Positions 18,093-27,654 of a stretch of 64,000 nucleotides of DNA are shown in pieces. Position numbers and translations under genes: made by a program. The stretch lies in assembly GCA_030647485.1 (NCBI GenBank), contig JAUSJT010000003.1, positions 9,092 through 73,091 on the forward strand, given 5' to 3'. The stretch's first letter is position 1. Each line of letters begins with the position of its first letter. The notes beneath the pieces were generated by a model, which saw nothing but the letters and a program-made list of their open reading frames with translations, did no database searches and was not told the DNA's origin. Origin of the DNA: a bacterium. Its GTDB lineage: Bacteria > Patescibacteriota > Minisyncoccia > Minisyncoccales > UBA10102.

Positions 18093-18794
18093 TTGTGGTA
18101 CAATTATGTAATGTATTCACGGTATTATACGTTTAAACCCAAAGCTGTTAGGTTGCGTAAGGCTGGGAAAACATACGGAGAGATTAAGAAGATACTTAGA
18201 GAATCAATCTCAAAGAGTACCTTATCGCATTGGTTTCGGGATATTATACTTACTAAGATTCAGCAAGGACGGCTGCAGAAGCGAGTTTCCATAAACATAA
18301 AAAGGGCACAGATCAAGGCTTGGGCGGTTAATAAAAAAAGAAGAGAGGAATATATTCAGAATGTCCGAGATCGTGTGAGACATTTTCCGAATGAATTGCG
18401 TAGGAAAAAGAGTGCGAAGATTGCACTTGCGATGCTCTATCTAGGGGAGGGGGCAAAGACCAACGGTGGATCTTTAATGTTTGGTAATTCAGATCCCTCT
18501 GTTATATGCCTGTTTCTTCATTTATTACGGTATTGCTATGATATTGATGAAAAGAAATTTCGCTGTACGCTTCAGTGTCGTTCCGATCAAAATATTGAAA
18601 AGTTAGAGAAATTTTGGTCACGCATGACACAAATTCCTCCATCGCAATTTTATAAAGCAAGAGTTGATCCAAGAACAATTGGGAAACCGTCACGAAACCT
18701 TGAATACAAAGGGGTTTGCAGAATAGACTATTTTTCCGGTGAGATTTTTATAGAGTTGCAACAGATTGTAGAAGTGCTTTATACGGGCCGTTAG
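18093..18794 (+). CDS. Putative single-motif LAGLIDADG-type homing endonuclease
   Basis: ALAMLYLGEGAK LAGLIDADG-like motif, basic N-terminal region. Stop codon lies inside the tRNA-Ala 5' end. Confidence 0.5.
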   Translation: MWYNYVMYSRYYTFKPKAVRLRKAGKTYGEIKKILRESISKSTLSHWFRDIILTKIQQGRLQKRVSINIKRAQIKAWAVNKKRREEYIQNVRDRVRHFPNELRRKKSAKIALAMLYLGEGAKTNGGSLMFGNSDPSVICLFLHLLRYCYDIDEKKFRCTLQCRSDQNIEKLEKFWSRMTQIPPSQFYKARVDPRTIGKPSRNLEYKGVCRIDYFSGEIFIELQQIVEVLYTGR

Positions 18795-18856
18795 CGCAGT
18801 GGTAGCGCACCTCGCTGGCAGCGAGGGGGTCGGGGGTTCGAATCCCCCACGGTCCA
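18785..18856 (+). tRNA. tRNA-Ala(GGC)
   Basis: G3:U70 identity pair, anticodon loop CTGGCAG. Confidence 0.85.
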
Positions 18857-18867
18857 CATTGGCAAAG

Positions 18868-18955
18868 GGAGGGGTACCGAAGTGGTCATAACGGGACGGT
18901 CTCGAAAACCGTTTGCCCCGCAAGGGGCCCGTGAGTTCGAATCTCACCCCCTCCG
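18868..18955 (+). tRNA. tRNA-Ser(CGA)
   Basis: Long variable arm, anticodon loop CTCGAAA. Confidence 0.85.
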
Positions 18956-19021
18956 CACTTCGTCGCTTCCGCTCCTCAGTGCCTTCGGCCCATAATAGAG
19001 GCGACGAAGTCGCTGAGCGCA

Positions 19022-19417
19022 GTGAAGCGCTACATTAAATTTGCAAAGAATATGATTTCTTTTTTTAATCAAAACAAAAAAAGCCCGTCTGCCCTTTCAA
19101 AAGAATCTCAAAAGCGCGTTGAGCAGCTAGAGAAGAGGGTTGGGGAGCTTTCAAAAAGCCTTGAAGAGTTGAAACAAGGCATGAAAAAAGCGCTTGTGAA
19201 AGTGGGCGTGGTGAGGTTTAACCCGTTTCATGAGACCGGAGGCGACCAAAGCTTTGCCATTGCTTTGCTTGATGAGTACAACACAGGGTTTGTGATTATG
19301 AGCCATTATATGAAAGATTATAACCGTGTGTACGCGAAACCCATCATCAAGGGAGTTTCAGAGTATATGTTGTCTGAAGAAGAAAAGGAAGCAATGGAAA
19401 AAGCAATGAATCCATGA
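19022..19417 (+). CDS. Hypothetical protein upstream of infB (possible start at 19052)
   Basis: ORF with a coiled-coil N-terminus; no motif recognised. Confidence 0.4.
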   Translation: MKRYIKFAKNMISFFNQNKKSPSALSKESQKRVEQLEKRVGELSKSLEELKQGMKKALVKVGVVRFNPFHETGGDQSFAIALLDEYNTGFVIMSHYMKDYNRVYAKPIIKGVSEYMLSEEEKEAMEKAMNP

Positions 19418-20916
19418 ACAAAGAATCTGCGGTACAACAAAAAGTTCAGGTAAGACCCCCTGTGGTAGTGGTGCTGGGCCATGTTGATCACGGTAAGTCC
19501 TCTCTCCTAGAAGCCATACGAGAAGATTTTAAGATTACCTCAAAAGAATCAGGGGGCATAACGCAACATATGGGGGCGTACGTCGTTGAGTATCAGGGTA
19601 AATCAATTACTTTTCTTGATACTCCCGGCCATGAGGCTTTTTCTGCAATGCGGGCTCGCGGGGCAAATGTGGCAGACATAGCAGTGCTTGTGGTTGCGGC
19701 AGACGAGGGCGTGAAACTTCAAACCAAGGAAGCCATAGAGCAGGCAAAGAAGGCCGGTCTTCCCTTGATTGTTGCGCTGAATAAAATAGACAAGCTGGAA
19801 GCGAACCCAGAGCGCGTGAAGCAAGAGCTTGGCCAGGAGGAGATTTTTGTAGAGTCGTTTGGAGGGAAGGTCCCCTGCATAGAAACATCAGCCACAACCA
19901 AGAAAGGCATTTCAGAACTCCTTGAGATGATCCTGTTGATGGCAGACCTTGAACACAAGAACATAGATCCGGATAAAGCAGGAGAGGGAGTCGTGATTGA
20001 ATCGTCCATGGATTCAAGGCGCGGCCCTCTAGCAACCCTTTTAGTGCAGAATGGAAGCGTGAGGGCAGGAGATGTTATAGCAACCAAGTCAGCCGTGGGA
20101 AAAGTGAGGACGCTGCAGGATTTTCAGGGGGCGTCTGTGTCCTCGGGCCTTCCTGCAATGCCAGTATTAATAGTTGGGTTTGAGGCATGCCCTCAAGTCG
20201 GAGAAACTTTCCAGGTGTTTGAGAGTGAAGAAGTAGCACGGGCGCAGCTTGTAGTTTCTCCTTTGGGGCGGCCTGTGCAGGCCATTGCTATTCCCCAAGG
20301 AGCTAAGACACTTGACCTTGTATTAAAGGTAGACATGGCAGGATCTTTGGAAGTGCTCTCGCATGCGCTTCTTTCTTTACCTCAAGAAAATGTGTTTGTG
20401 CGTCTTGTTGACGCAGGAGTAGGGGTTATAGGGGACAAAGACGTGAGGTTAGCTCAAGGCACGCATGCCCGCATTATTGGATTCCGTACGCAGGTAGACC
20501 CTACCGCAGGAGATCTTGCGCAGCGAGAAGGTATTGTTATTGAAACATTTGACGTTATCTATGACTTGATTCAAAGGGTGCGAACGTGGATGGAACAAGA
20601 AATAGTGCAAGAGCTCGTCACCGTGGAGATAGGGGCTCTTTCTGTGCTTGCGGTATTCCTTACGGAGAAGAATAGGCAAATCATTGGCGGCAAGGTTACG
20701 GATGGCGAGGTTCGCAAAAAGAGCCAGATGAAGATTTTTCGTGGGGAAGCAGAATTAGGAACTGGGAAAATCATTAATCTTCAGAAAGATAAGAAAGACA
20801 CGGAGGTTGCGGTCAGAGGAGAGGAATGCGGTATTCTCTACGAGGGTTCCGTGAAGATTCAGCAAGGCGATATTCTTAAGTTTTCAATTCAGGAATTGCA
20901 AAATAAAGTATTGTGA
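19414..20916 (+). CDS. infB: Translation initiation factor IF-2 (compact form)
   Basis: G-domain [25 protein letters not shown]. Confidence 0.9.
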   Translation: MNKESAVQQKVQVRPPVVVVLGHVDHGKSSLLEAIREDFKITSKESGGITQHMGAYVVEYQGKSITFLDTPGHEAFSAMRARGANVADIAVLVVAADEGVKLQTKEAIEQAKKAGLPLIVALNKIDKLEANPERVKQELGQEEIFVESFGGKVPCIETSATTKKGISELLEMILLMADLEHKNIDPDKAGEGVVIESSMDSRRGPLATLLVQNGSVRAGDVIATKSAVGKVRTLQDFQGASVSSGLPAMPVLIVGFEACPQVGETFQVFESEEVARAQLVVSPLGRPVQAIAIPQGAKTLDLVLKVDMAGSLEVLSHALLSLPQENVFVRLVDAGVGVIGDKDVRLAQGTHARIIGFRTQVDPTAGDLAQREGIVIETFDVIYDLIQRVRTWMEQEIVQELVTVEIGALSVLAVFLTEKNRQIIGGKVTDGEVRKKSQMKIFRGEAELGTGKIINLQKDKKDTEVAVRGEECGILYEGSVKIQQGDILKFSIQELQNKVL

Positions 20917-21254
20917 ATCCTCGTATCCCAAAGGTTAATCAACTTCTGCAAGAAGAGTTAGGAGAGATCCTTTTAAGGGAGCTCGATCTTCCAGACGGAG
21001 TGTTGGTTACGATTACTCGCGTGGATGCTTCGGGCAACTTGCAAGAAGCTAGGGTATATATTAGTGTAATGCCAGAGGCAAGGAGTGAAGAGGTAATGCT
21101 GGGCCTTGAGAGAGATATTTTTAGTATTCAGCAAGCGTTGAACAAGAGATTGCGCATGCGGCCAGTGCCCCGCATTAAATGGACTGTTGAAACAAAAACT
21201 TCTGAAGCCCAGAGGATAGAAGAGTTATTGGAAAAGACGAAGGAAGAAAAATAG
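20913..21254 (+). CDS. rbfA: Ribosome-binding factor A
   Basis: Size, position after infB, KH-like fold sequence. Confidence 0.8.
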   Translation: MNPRIPKVNQLLQEELGEILLRELDLPDGVLVTITRVDASGNLQEARVYISVMPEARSEEVMLGLERDIFSIQQALNKRLRMRPVPRIKWTVETKTSEAQRIEELLEKTKEEK

Positions 21255-21256
21255 CT

Positions 21257-21328
21257 GGCCGCGTAGTCAAGTGGTAAGACAAGGGACTGCAAATCCCTTA
21301 TACGGGAGTTCGATTCTCCCCGCGGCCT
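21257..21328 (+). tRNA. tRNA-Cys(GCA)
   Basis: Anticodon loop CTGCAAA, discriminator U. Confidence 0.85.
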
Positions 21329-21372
21329 CTAAAACTTAATGAGATTAAGTTTAACTTAGTTAAACTAAGTTT

Positions 21373-21455
21373 GCCGCGGTGATGGAAAGGTAGACATGAG
21401 GGGCTTAAAACCCCTTGCTCGAAAGGGCGTGTGGGTTCGATTCCCGCCCGCGGCA
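21373..21455 (+). tRNA. tRNA-Leu(TAA)
   Basis: Anticodon loop CTTAAAA, long variable arm. Confidence 0.85.
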
Positions 21456-21471
21456 CAACTATAGATACAAT

Positions 21472-22212
21472 ATGAAGAGGCATATCGACAAAGATTTTTT
21501 TAAGATCTGGACCGGAGAGATGAGCTATGTTCTAGGGTATATTGTTGCGGATGGCTGTATTTATAAAAGGAAAGATAGAAAGGATAGTTATATTTTAAAC
21601 ATCACATCTAAGGATCGAGACCACTTAGTGAGCATAAACAAAAGTTTACATTCTGACTACCCAATAAGCATAAAATATAATTCTCAGCGGATGCCCCATT
21701 CTCAAATCCAAATCTCCAACTTAGAGATTTGCAAAGATCTCATGAATTTGGGGATATTACCCAGAAAAACAATTCATCTAGAGCCCATTAGTGCCCCAGA
21801 TAAATACTTTTTCGATTTTGTACGTGGATTTTTTGATGGCGACGGTAGCGTTTATATCTATATAGTAAATGGAGTCTCACAAATTAAGGTAAATTTTGTC
21901 AGTACTAGCTATTCTTTTCTAGATAATTTTAATTCACATCTTTGCAGGGATCTGGGTATTTCTCAAAAATCTATACACAGATTATTACCAAAAGATGATC
22001 GAAGACTCATCAAATATTCTATTGATTTTTATATTAGTGATTGTGAAAAATTAGCAAAGTATCTCTACGAGAATGATCCAGCCCTCTATCTTACTCGTAA
22101 ACGAAGAATCTTTGAAGATTGGAAGTCAAAACCGCGTCGCCAGTATATTAAGAAAAATTATCCTTCAAAAGTTGGTTGGCATCTGAATCAACAAGTTTCT
22201 GTACTTAATTAA
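21472..22212 (+). CDS. Double-motif LAGLIDADG homing endonuclease
   Basis: LGYIVADGC and VRGFFDGDGSV motifs. Confidence 0.8.
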   Translation: MKRHIDKDFFKIWTGEMSYVLGYIVADGCIYKRKDRKDSYILNITSKDRDHLVSINKSLHSDYPISIKYNSQRMPHSQIQISNLEICKDLMNLGILPRKTIHLEPISAPDKYFFDFVRGFFDGDGSVYIYIVNGVSQIKVNFVSTSYSFLDNFNSHLCRDLGISQKSIHRLLPKDDRRLIKYSIDFYISDCEKLAKYLYENDPALYLTRKRRIFEDWKSKPRRQYIKKNYPSKVGWHLNQQVSVLN

Positions 22213-22223
22213 CAAACTTGTAG

Positions 22224-22257
22224 CAAGGCCATGCGAGTTCGACTCTCGCCTTGGGCA
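22224..22257 (+). other. tRNA 3'-half fragment (T-arm + acceptor 3' strand) right after the homing-endonuclease gene
   Basis: GCGAGTTCGACTCTCGC T-arm followed by CCTTGGGCA. No matching 5' half was found. Confidence 0.5.
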
Positions 22258-22265
22258 CTAAAACA

Positions 22266-22292
22266 AAAAGCGGGCTTGAGCCCGTCTTTTGT
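22266..22292. terminator. Bidirectional rho-independent terminator
   Basis: aaaagcgggcttgagcccgtctttt. Confidence 0.7.
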
Positions 22293-22306
22293 TTGTCCTA
22301 ATTGTC

Positions 22307-22795
22307 CTACCCTTCAATGACTTGGATATTGGTGTACTTTGCGCCAAAGTTTAATGCTTCAGAATAGCTGGGAAACCAAATGTCTACCACATATTTCTGC
22401 CTTGGGTGCATTCGGTCCTCTACTACAAAGATTTTGTCTCCGTATAAGTCAGGAAGCTTGATCCTGGTTCCTATAGGCAAGAAGTTTGCGGCAACCACTC
22501 CTTCTCGCACGGTAGTGCCTGAAGCTGTGATAAAGGGGCTATCGTCTGTCTGCCACGTTGTGGAAGAGTATGCTGTGACTACCACAGAAACGGTGCGCAA
22601 GACGTAGTCTGGGCCTTTGGGAGCGGCAATAGGGAGAAGGGCAGACCCTTGAGAAACCGCAAGCTCTTCAAAATCTGGAGCTTGGGTAAGGAAAGACCCT
22701 TGTTTCCCGTAGCTTTCATGGGCAAGATCAGGGAAAAGGCTGAATGTCAGTATGCCCAGGGTTAGGACAAGCAATGTTTTGTTTGGTGTTTTCAT
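22307..22795 (-). CDS. Secreted 3D-domain (MltA/RlpA-like) protein
   Basis: Signal peptide plus the three conserved Asp of the 3D domain. Confidence 0.6.
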   Translation of the reverse strand: MKTPNKTLLVLTLGILTFSLFPDLAHESYGKQGSFLTQAPDFEELAVSQGSALLPIAAPKGPDYVLRTVSVVVTAYSSTTWQTDDSPFITASGTTVREGVVAANFLPIGTRIKLPDLYGDKIFVVEDRMHPRQKYVVDIWFPSYSEALNFGAKYTNIQVIEG

Positions 22796-22995
22796 AAAAA
22801 GCCCCTTTTGAGGGCGCCTATAGTATATGCTAAAGGAGGGGAAAAGTCAAGGGGTTGCAGGCAAGGCACAATCAAGGAGTGGTATGGAGGAGGGGTACTT
22901 TTCCACAGATGGCTATTTGACAGCGTATGTTGCAGTGGTAGAATTCAATGTGCGATTGGGCTTTTTTTATTGTACAGTACTCTTGACATAGTATA

Positions 22996-23005
22996 CAATA
23001 TATTG
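22996..23005. promoter_or_regulatory. NrdR-box-like palindrome CAATATATTG in the nrdR-nrdJ promoter region
   Basis: Perfect 10-bp palindrome matching the core of the NrdR box consensus, ~15 bp upstream of nrdR. Confidence 0.4.
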
Positions 23006-23017
23006 ACTAGTTGAGGC

Positions 23018-23470
23018 ATGAAATGTCCTGTTTGTCAAAGTTCCACAAAAGTAACAAATTCAAGGGGGGCAGACCACGGAAGGGCCATTAAAAGAAGGCG
23101 CGTATGCCTGCAGTGCAAGAGACGCTTCACCTCCTATGAGCGCATTGAGCTGGTAGGGTTAACCGTGATAAAGCGCAACAGGTCAAAAGAGCCGTATCTG
23201 CGCCATAAGATAGAGTTAGGGCTTCGGAAAGCCCTAGAGAAGCGATCCGTCATAGAAGATCAGTTCCAGAAGCTTGTTTCTGCCATAGAAAATGACATTT
23301 TCAGCCTTGAAAAGGACACGGTTTCTTCCGAGCAGATAGGGCACATTGTACTTTCGCATCTCAAGGATTTTGATCAAGTTGCGTACCTTCGTTTTGCTTC
23401 CGTGCATAGGCATTTTAAGAGCGCACGGGCGTTTGAAAAAGAGATACAAAAATTAGAAAAGGCAAAATGA
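23018..23470 (+). CDS. nrdR: Transcriptional repressor NrdR
   Basis: N-terminal Zn ribbon CPVC...CLQC plus ATP-cone. Confidence 0.9.
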   Translation: MKCPVCQSSTKVTNSRGADHGRAIKRRRVCLQCKRRFTSYERIELVGLTVIKRNRSKEPYLRHKIELGLRKALEKRSVIEDQFQKLVSAIENDIFSLEKDTVSSEQIGHIVLSHLKDFDQVAYLRFASVHRHFKSARAFEKEIQKLEKAK

Positions 23471-26400
23471 TAACACTCACCAAAAAGGAGAAAGGGAGTA
23501 TCAATGGCAGATTTTCGGACAATGCGTTGCGCATGATGAAGAAGCGTTATCTCGCAGTAGACGAGAAAGGCAATCAGGAAACTCCGGCAGATATGTTCTT
23601 GCGCGTTGCAGCTTCTTTAGGTGAGGTGGAGAAAGAATACAAGAAAAGCCAAGCAGTCCAAGACAAGGTGACGCGGGATTTTTTTGACATCATGGCATCA
23701 AAAGAGTACACGCCAGCCGGCCGCACACTCACGAATTCCGGAGGGGATACTGCTTTGATTGCAAACTGCATTGTGCTTCCTATTCACGATTCCATGGAGA
23801 GCATCTTTCAGACACTGAAGGATGCTGCTTTGCTGCAGCAGGCAGGGTGCGGCTTGGGGTTTGACCTTTCTGAAATGCGGCCCGCCGACTTTGTCACCAA
23901 AAAATCACGAGGGCGGGCATCAGGTCCCGTCTCGTTTCTTAGGGTATATGACGCCGCATTCGCCACCATAAAACAGCAGGGCAGGCATGGGGCAAATATG
24001 GCCATGATGAGGGTGGATCATCCAGACGTTCTGGACTTTATTCATTCCAAGAAAAAGGAGGGAGAGATGCGAAATTTCAATATTTCCGTCACCATCACAG
24101 ACGAGTTTATGAAGGCCTTAGAGAAAACTCCCAATGCCCAGTGGATGTGCGAGTTTGGAGGTAAGAAGTATAAGCCCCACAACGTATTCCGCCATCCCAA
24201 CGGAGCTGTGTTTGGTTCGGAAGAAGTGGATATCACGGTAAAGCAGCTTTTTGACGAGCTGGTAGACTACGCGTGGTTGAACGGGGAGCCTGGCATTGCG
24301 TTTATTGATACGGTAAATAAAACTAATCCCCTGCCGGGCTTGGGCAAGATTGCGTCTTCTAACCCATGCGTGACGGGTGATACCCTTGTATCAACTAGTC
24401 ATGGCTTTCTTTCTATGGAGCGATTAGCTAAAGAATACGCTTCAGGCGGTCTTTACCTTGCCCAGGATTCTCGTACTCCTCGTGCGAGGTTTGTTCAAGT
24501 AGCAAAACTTGTTGCGGCGGGCGTATCCCAAGAAGATGTTGAGTACCAAAATATTCTTTCTTTTGAGAGGAGCGAGGAAGCGGTTCCAGGAACGCTGGTA
24601 AGGGCTTGGGAGACAGGGGTAAAGCCAGTGTATCGGCTTATTACTAATTCCGGGTATGAACTTGAGCTTACCAAAGATCACAAGGTGTTTACTCCTCAGG
24701 GGAAAACTCAACTTAAGGATCTTAAGCAAGGAGACAAGATTCTTCTTCAGTCTCAAGAAGGACTCTGGAGCAGTAAACACGAACTTTCCTTTGTTTCGCA
24801 GAATACCGTCAGAGGAAAGAATGGACATACCTACTCTTATAATTTTCCTTCTCGGTGGAGTCAGGAACTCGGTCAGGTACTTGGTTGGCTTATTGGAGAC
24901 GGCTGGATACGGGATATTCCAAAACAGTATATGGTTGGCTTTACTTTTGCACAGGAAGATAAGGAAGTTATGGAGTATCTCAAGCCAATCCTCAATGCGT
25001 GGTATAAAAACTCTGTTCGCAAGGAGATAAAGCGGGGGAACGGGGTGTATCATCTTGACTATGGCGCAAAGGAGTTTGTTCAATTTTTCAAAACACTCGG
25101 AGTAAAAGCAGTCAAGGCAGAAAACAAGGAAGTTCCTCTTGCTCTATGGACGGCTCCTCGAGAAGCGGTTACCGGTTTCCTGCAGGGTTTGTTTAGCGCC
25201 GACGGGACTATTAACATCTACGAAAAAAACCAGACGCGATACATCCGGCTTACTTCGAAATCAGAGAAGCTTTTGAAACAGACGCAAATTTTGCTTCTTA
25301 ATCTTGGTATTCGCTCCACTATTTACAATAGAAGCAGAAAGCCATCCGTGAAAATGGGGTACCAGAATGACGGTATCTGTTTTGAGTTGCAGATTGCGAG
25401 AACAAATATAGGGACATTTTTTGAAAAGATTGGATTTCTTGGCAATCACTATACACGAAAAGCAGAAACCCTCAAAGAGAAGAGATATTATGGAGAGTAT
25501 TTTGAGGACGAAGTGAAAGAAATAGAGTATGTAGGAATAAAAAAGGTGTATGATCTTACCGAGTCACTCACCCATTCTTTTATTGCTAATGGTATTGTTG
25601 TATCAAATTGCGGAGAACAATTCCTGCATGCGTATGACGAATGTAATCTAGGGTCTATTAACCTTGCAATGTTCGTGAAAGACAAGAAGATTGATTTCAA
25701 GAGACTGGGATTTGTGACGAGAACAGCAACCCGCCTCATGGACAACGTTATAGACCGCTTTGACTTCCCCGTTCCCCAGGTTACCCAAATGGCAAAGAGT
25801 AACAGAAGGATTGGTCTTGGCATTATGGGATTTGCCGACATGCTTTATCAATTGGGAGTTCAGTATAATTCCAAGGAAGGATTTGCAATGGGAGAAAGAG
25901 TCATGGGGTGTATCACAGACGAATCCCACAAAATGTCAGAAGTTCTTGCAAAAGAGAAAGGTGTGTTCCCCAATTGGAAAAAGAGCGTGTTTGCAAAAAA
26001 GAAAGTGAAGATGCGCAACGCGGCATTAACCACAGTTGCTCCCACGGGGTCTATTTCCATGATGTTTGACATTTCCTCCGGGATTGAGCCTAACTTTGCT
26101 TTAGCGTACATTAAGCAGGACAAAGACGGCCAGCAATACCGGTATCTCAACGCGCATTTTGAAAAAGCGCTGAATCAGCTGAAGATCGCAAAAGAAGAAA
26201 AGGAGAGGATTATGAAAGAGATTATAGAAAAAGGTACTATTCAGCATTTAACCACCTTGCCTCAAAAATTAAGAAATACCTTTGTGGTATCTATGGATAT
26301 CCCAGGGTTAGACCATATGGAAATGCAGGCTGCGTTCCAGCGGCACGTGGACAACTCTATTTCAAAGACCATTAACTTTGCAAACTCCGCAACAAAAGAG

Positions 26401-27102
26401 GAAATAGCCCAGAGTTTTGTGGCAGCGTGGAAGCTAGGATGCAAGAGCTGTACCGTGTATCGAGACGGAAGCAGGGTTATTCAAATACTCAATGTTGGGT
26501 CAGGAGAGAATATTATTGCTCCCACAGAGGCTCCGGTAAGAGAAGAAAAGAGAGAATTGCAGATAGCAAGCGCTGGGGGCATAGTGCCTCGCCGCAGGCC
26601 AGAGGTTATGGCAGGCAAGACCTATCGCGTGAAAACCGGCTACGGGAAACTTTACGTTACCATTAACAACGATGAAAAGGGCATGCCCTTTGAAGTATTC
26701 GCAACAATTGGGAGGAGCGGAGGGTTCTTCCAGGAGCAGTCAGAAGCAATATGCCGTTTAATGTCCCTTGCTTTGCGCGCAGGAGTAAAGGTGGAAGAAA
26801 TTTCAGACGAATTAAAAGGAATACGGGGGCCTATGCCAACCTTTACCGATAAGGGTACCATTCTTTCTCTTCCTGATGCGTTAGGGAAGATTCTAGAACA
26901 GCATGTTACCACAGCACTACAGATTGAAGATGTTATCGCTCGTCCAGAAAAACAAGAGGTGCTGCCCTTTGTCCCCAAGATAAAAGAAAAGTCTGTTGCG
27001 GACTTTGGATTTATGCCAGGATGCCCAGACTGCGGAGCGCCGCTTCTCATGCAAGAGGGATGTATTTCTTGTCAGGCGTGCGGATTCAGCAGGTGTTCTT
27101 AA
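23467..27102 (+). CDS. nrdJ: Class II (adenosylcobalamin-dependent) ribonucleotide reductase NrdJ, interrupted by an intein
   Basis: Extein motifs ...ASSNP|CGEQFL... and a C-terminal Cys cluster. 797-aa extein plus 414-aa intein. Confidence 0.85.
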   Translation: MITLTKKEKGSINGRFSDNALRMMKKRYLAVDEKGNQETPADMFLRVAASLGEVEKEYKKSQAVQDKVTRDFFDIMASKEYTPAGRTLTNSGGDTALIANCIVLPIHDSMESIFQTLKDAALLQQAGCGLGFDLSEMRPADFVTKKSRGRASGPVSFLRVYDAAFATIKQQGRHGANMAMMRVDHPDVLDFIHSKKKEGEMRNFNISVTITDEFMKALEKTPNAQWMCEFGGKKYKPHNVFRHPNGAVFGSEEVDITVKQLFDELVDYAWLNGEPGIAFIDTVNKTNPLPGLGKIASSNPCVTGDTLVSTSHGFLSMERLAKEYASGGLYLAQDSRTPRARFVQVAKLVAAGVSQEDVEYQNILSFERSEEAVPGTLVRAWETGVKPVYRLITNSGYELELTKDHKVFTPQGKTQLKDLKQGDKILLQSQEGLWSSKHELSFVSQNTVRGKNGHTYSYNFPSRWSQELGQVLGWLIGDGWIRDIPKQYMVGFTFAQEDKEVMEYLKPILNAWYKNSVRKEIKRGNGVYHLDYGAKEFVQFFKTLGVKAVKAENKEVPLALWTAPREAVTGFLQGLFSADGTINIYEKNQTRYIRLTSKSEKLLKQTQILLLNLGIRSTIYNRSRKPSVKMGYQNDGICFELQIARTNIGTFFEKIGFLGNHYTRKAETLKEKRYYGEYFEDEVKEIEYVGIKKVYDLTESLTHSFIANGIVVSNCGEQFLHAYDECNLGSINLAMFVKDKKIDFKRLGFVTRTATRLMDNVIDRFDFPVPQVTQMAKSNRRIGLGIMGFADMLYQLGVQYNSKEGFAMGERVMGCITDESHKMSEVLAKEKGVFPNWKKSVFAKKKVKMRNAALTTVAPTGSISMMFDISSGIEPNFALAYIKQDKDGQQYRYLNAHFEKALNQLKIAKEEKERIMKEIIEKGTIQHLTTLPQKLRNTFVVSMDIPGLDHMEMQAAFQRHVDNSISKTINFANSATKEEIAQSFVAAWKLGCKSCTVYRDGSRVIQILNVGSGENIIAPTEAPVREEKRELQIASAGGIVPRRRPEVMAGKTYRVKTGYGKLYVTINNDEKGMPFEVFATIGRSGGFFQEQSEAICRLMSLALRAGVKVEEISDELKGIRGPMPTFTDKGTILSLPDALGKILEQHVTTALQIEDVIARPEKQEVLPFVPKIKEKSVADFGFMPGCPDCGAPLLMQEGCISCQACGFSRCS
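24367..25608 (+). mobile_element. Intein (Hint domain + LAGLIDADG endonuclease) in NrdJ
   Basis: Begins CVTGDTLV after SSNP and ends IVVSN before C+1 of CGEQFL. Internal LGWLIGDGW and LQGLFSADGT motifs. Confidence 0.85.
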
Positions 27103-27111
27103 CCATCCTTC

Positions 27112-27654
27112 ATGGGACTCTTTTTTACTGGCAAGGGAGACAAAGGGTCTTCGCATATAGGGGGAAAAAAATATCCTAAAGATTCTCCCATTGTGGAAGC
27201 ACTGGGTGATTTAGATGAGCTGAATTCCCTGCTCGGAGTGGTAAAAACGCAAATACGAAAGCCCAGCCTTGCAAAAAAACTAGAGGACGTACAAGAGAAC
27301 CTGTTCATTATCCAGGCAAGAATTGCCTGGCTTATGTACCCAAAGTTTCCTTCTCCTCAAATGACGAAAGATAAGATTAAAGCGATGGAGCAGGAAATTG
27401 AAGCGATTGAGAAAAAAATAAAGCCAGAGCGCGGCTTTGTTATTTCAGGCTCTGATATTGTTGCGTCTTGGTTGGATATGCTTCGCGCAGTTTCAAGAAG
27501 GGTAGAAAGAAGGGTTGTGAAGCTTCATAAGACCCGCTTTTTTCCGCAAGAGATTATCACGTATCTCAACCGGCTCTCTTCATATTTGTACGCATTGGCT
27601 CGAGCAGAGGCTGCAGCAAAAAAGATTAAAGAATCTCGCCCCACCTATTTATGA
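27112..27654 (+). CDS. PduO-type ATP:cob(I)alamin adenosyltransferase
   Basis: N-terminal FTGKGDKGSSHIGG...PIVEALGDLDELNSLLG signature. Confidence 0.8.
   Translation: MGLFFTGKGDKGSSHIGGKKYPKDSPIVEALGDLDELNSLLGVVKTQIRKPSLAKKLEDVQENLFIIQARIAWLMYPKFPSPQMTKDKIKAMEQEIEAIEKKIKPERGFVISGSDIVASWLDMLRAVSRRVERRVVKLHKTRFFPQEIITYLNRLSSYLYALARAEAAAKKIKESRPTYL

Noticed and set aside
21373-22257. Intron-containing tRNA-Leu(TAA) hosting the LAGLIDADG gene
   Set aside because: tRNA-Leu(TAA) folds as a complete, uninterrupted cloverleaf, and the downstream acceptor 3' strand (CCTTGGGC) does not pair with its 5' end (GCCGCGG). The fragment is treated as a separate tRNA remnant.
22969-22999. Sigma70 promoter assignment for nrdR (TTGTAC...TACAAT)
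   Set aside because: The spacer would be 19 bp. Alternative hexamers are no better, so only the NrdR-box palindrome is reported.
24442-25083. 213-aa minus-strand ORF inside nrdJ
   Set aside because: It lies antisense within the intein coding region and has no recognisable motifs. Antisense artefact.
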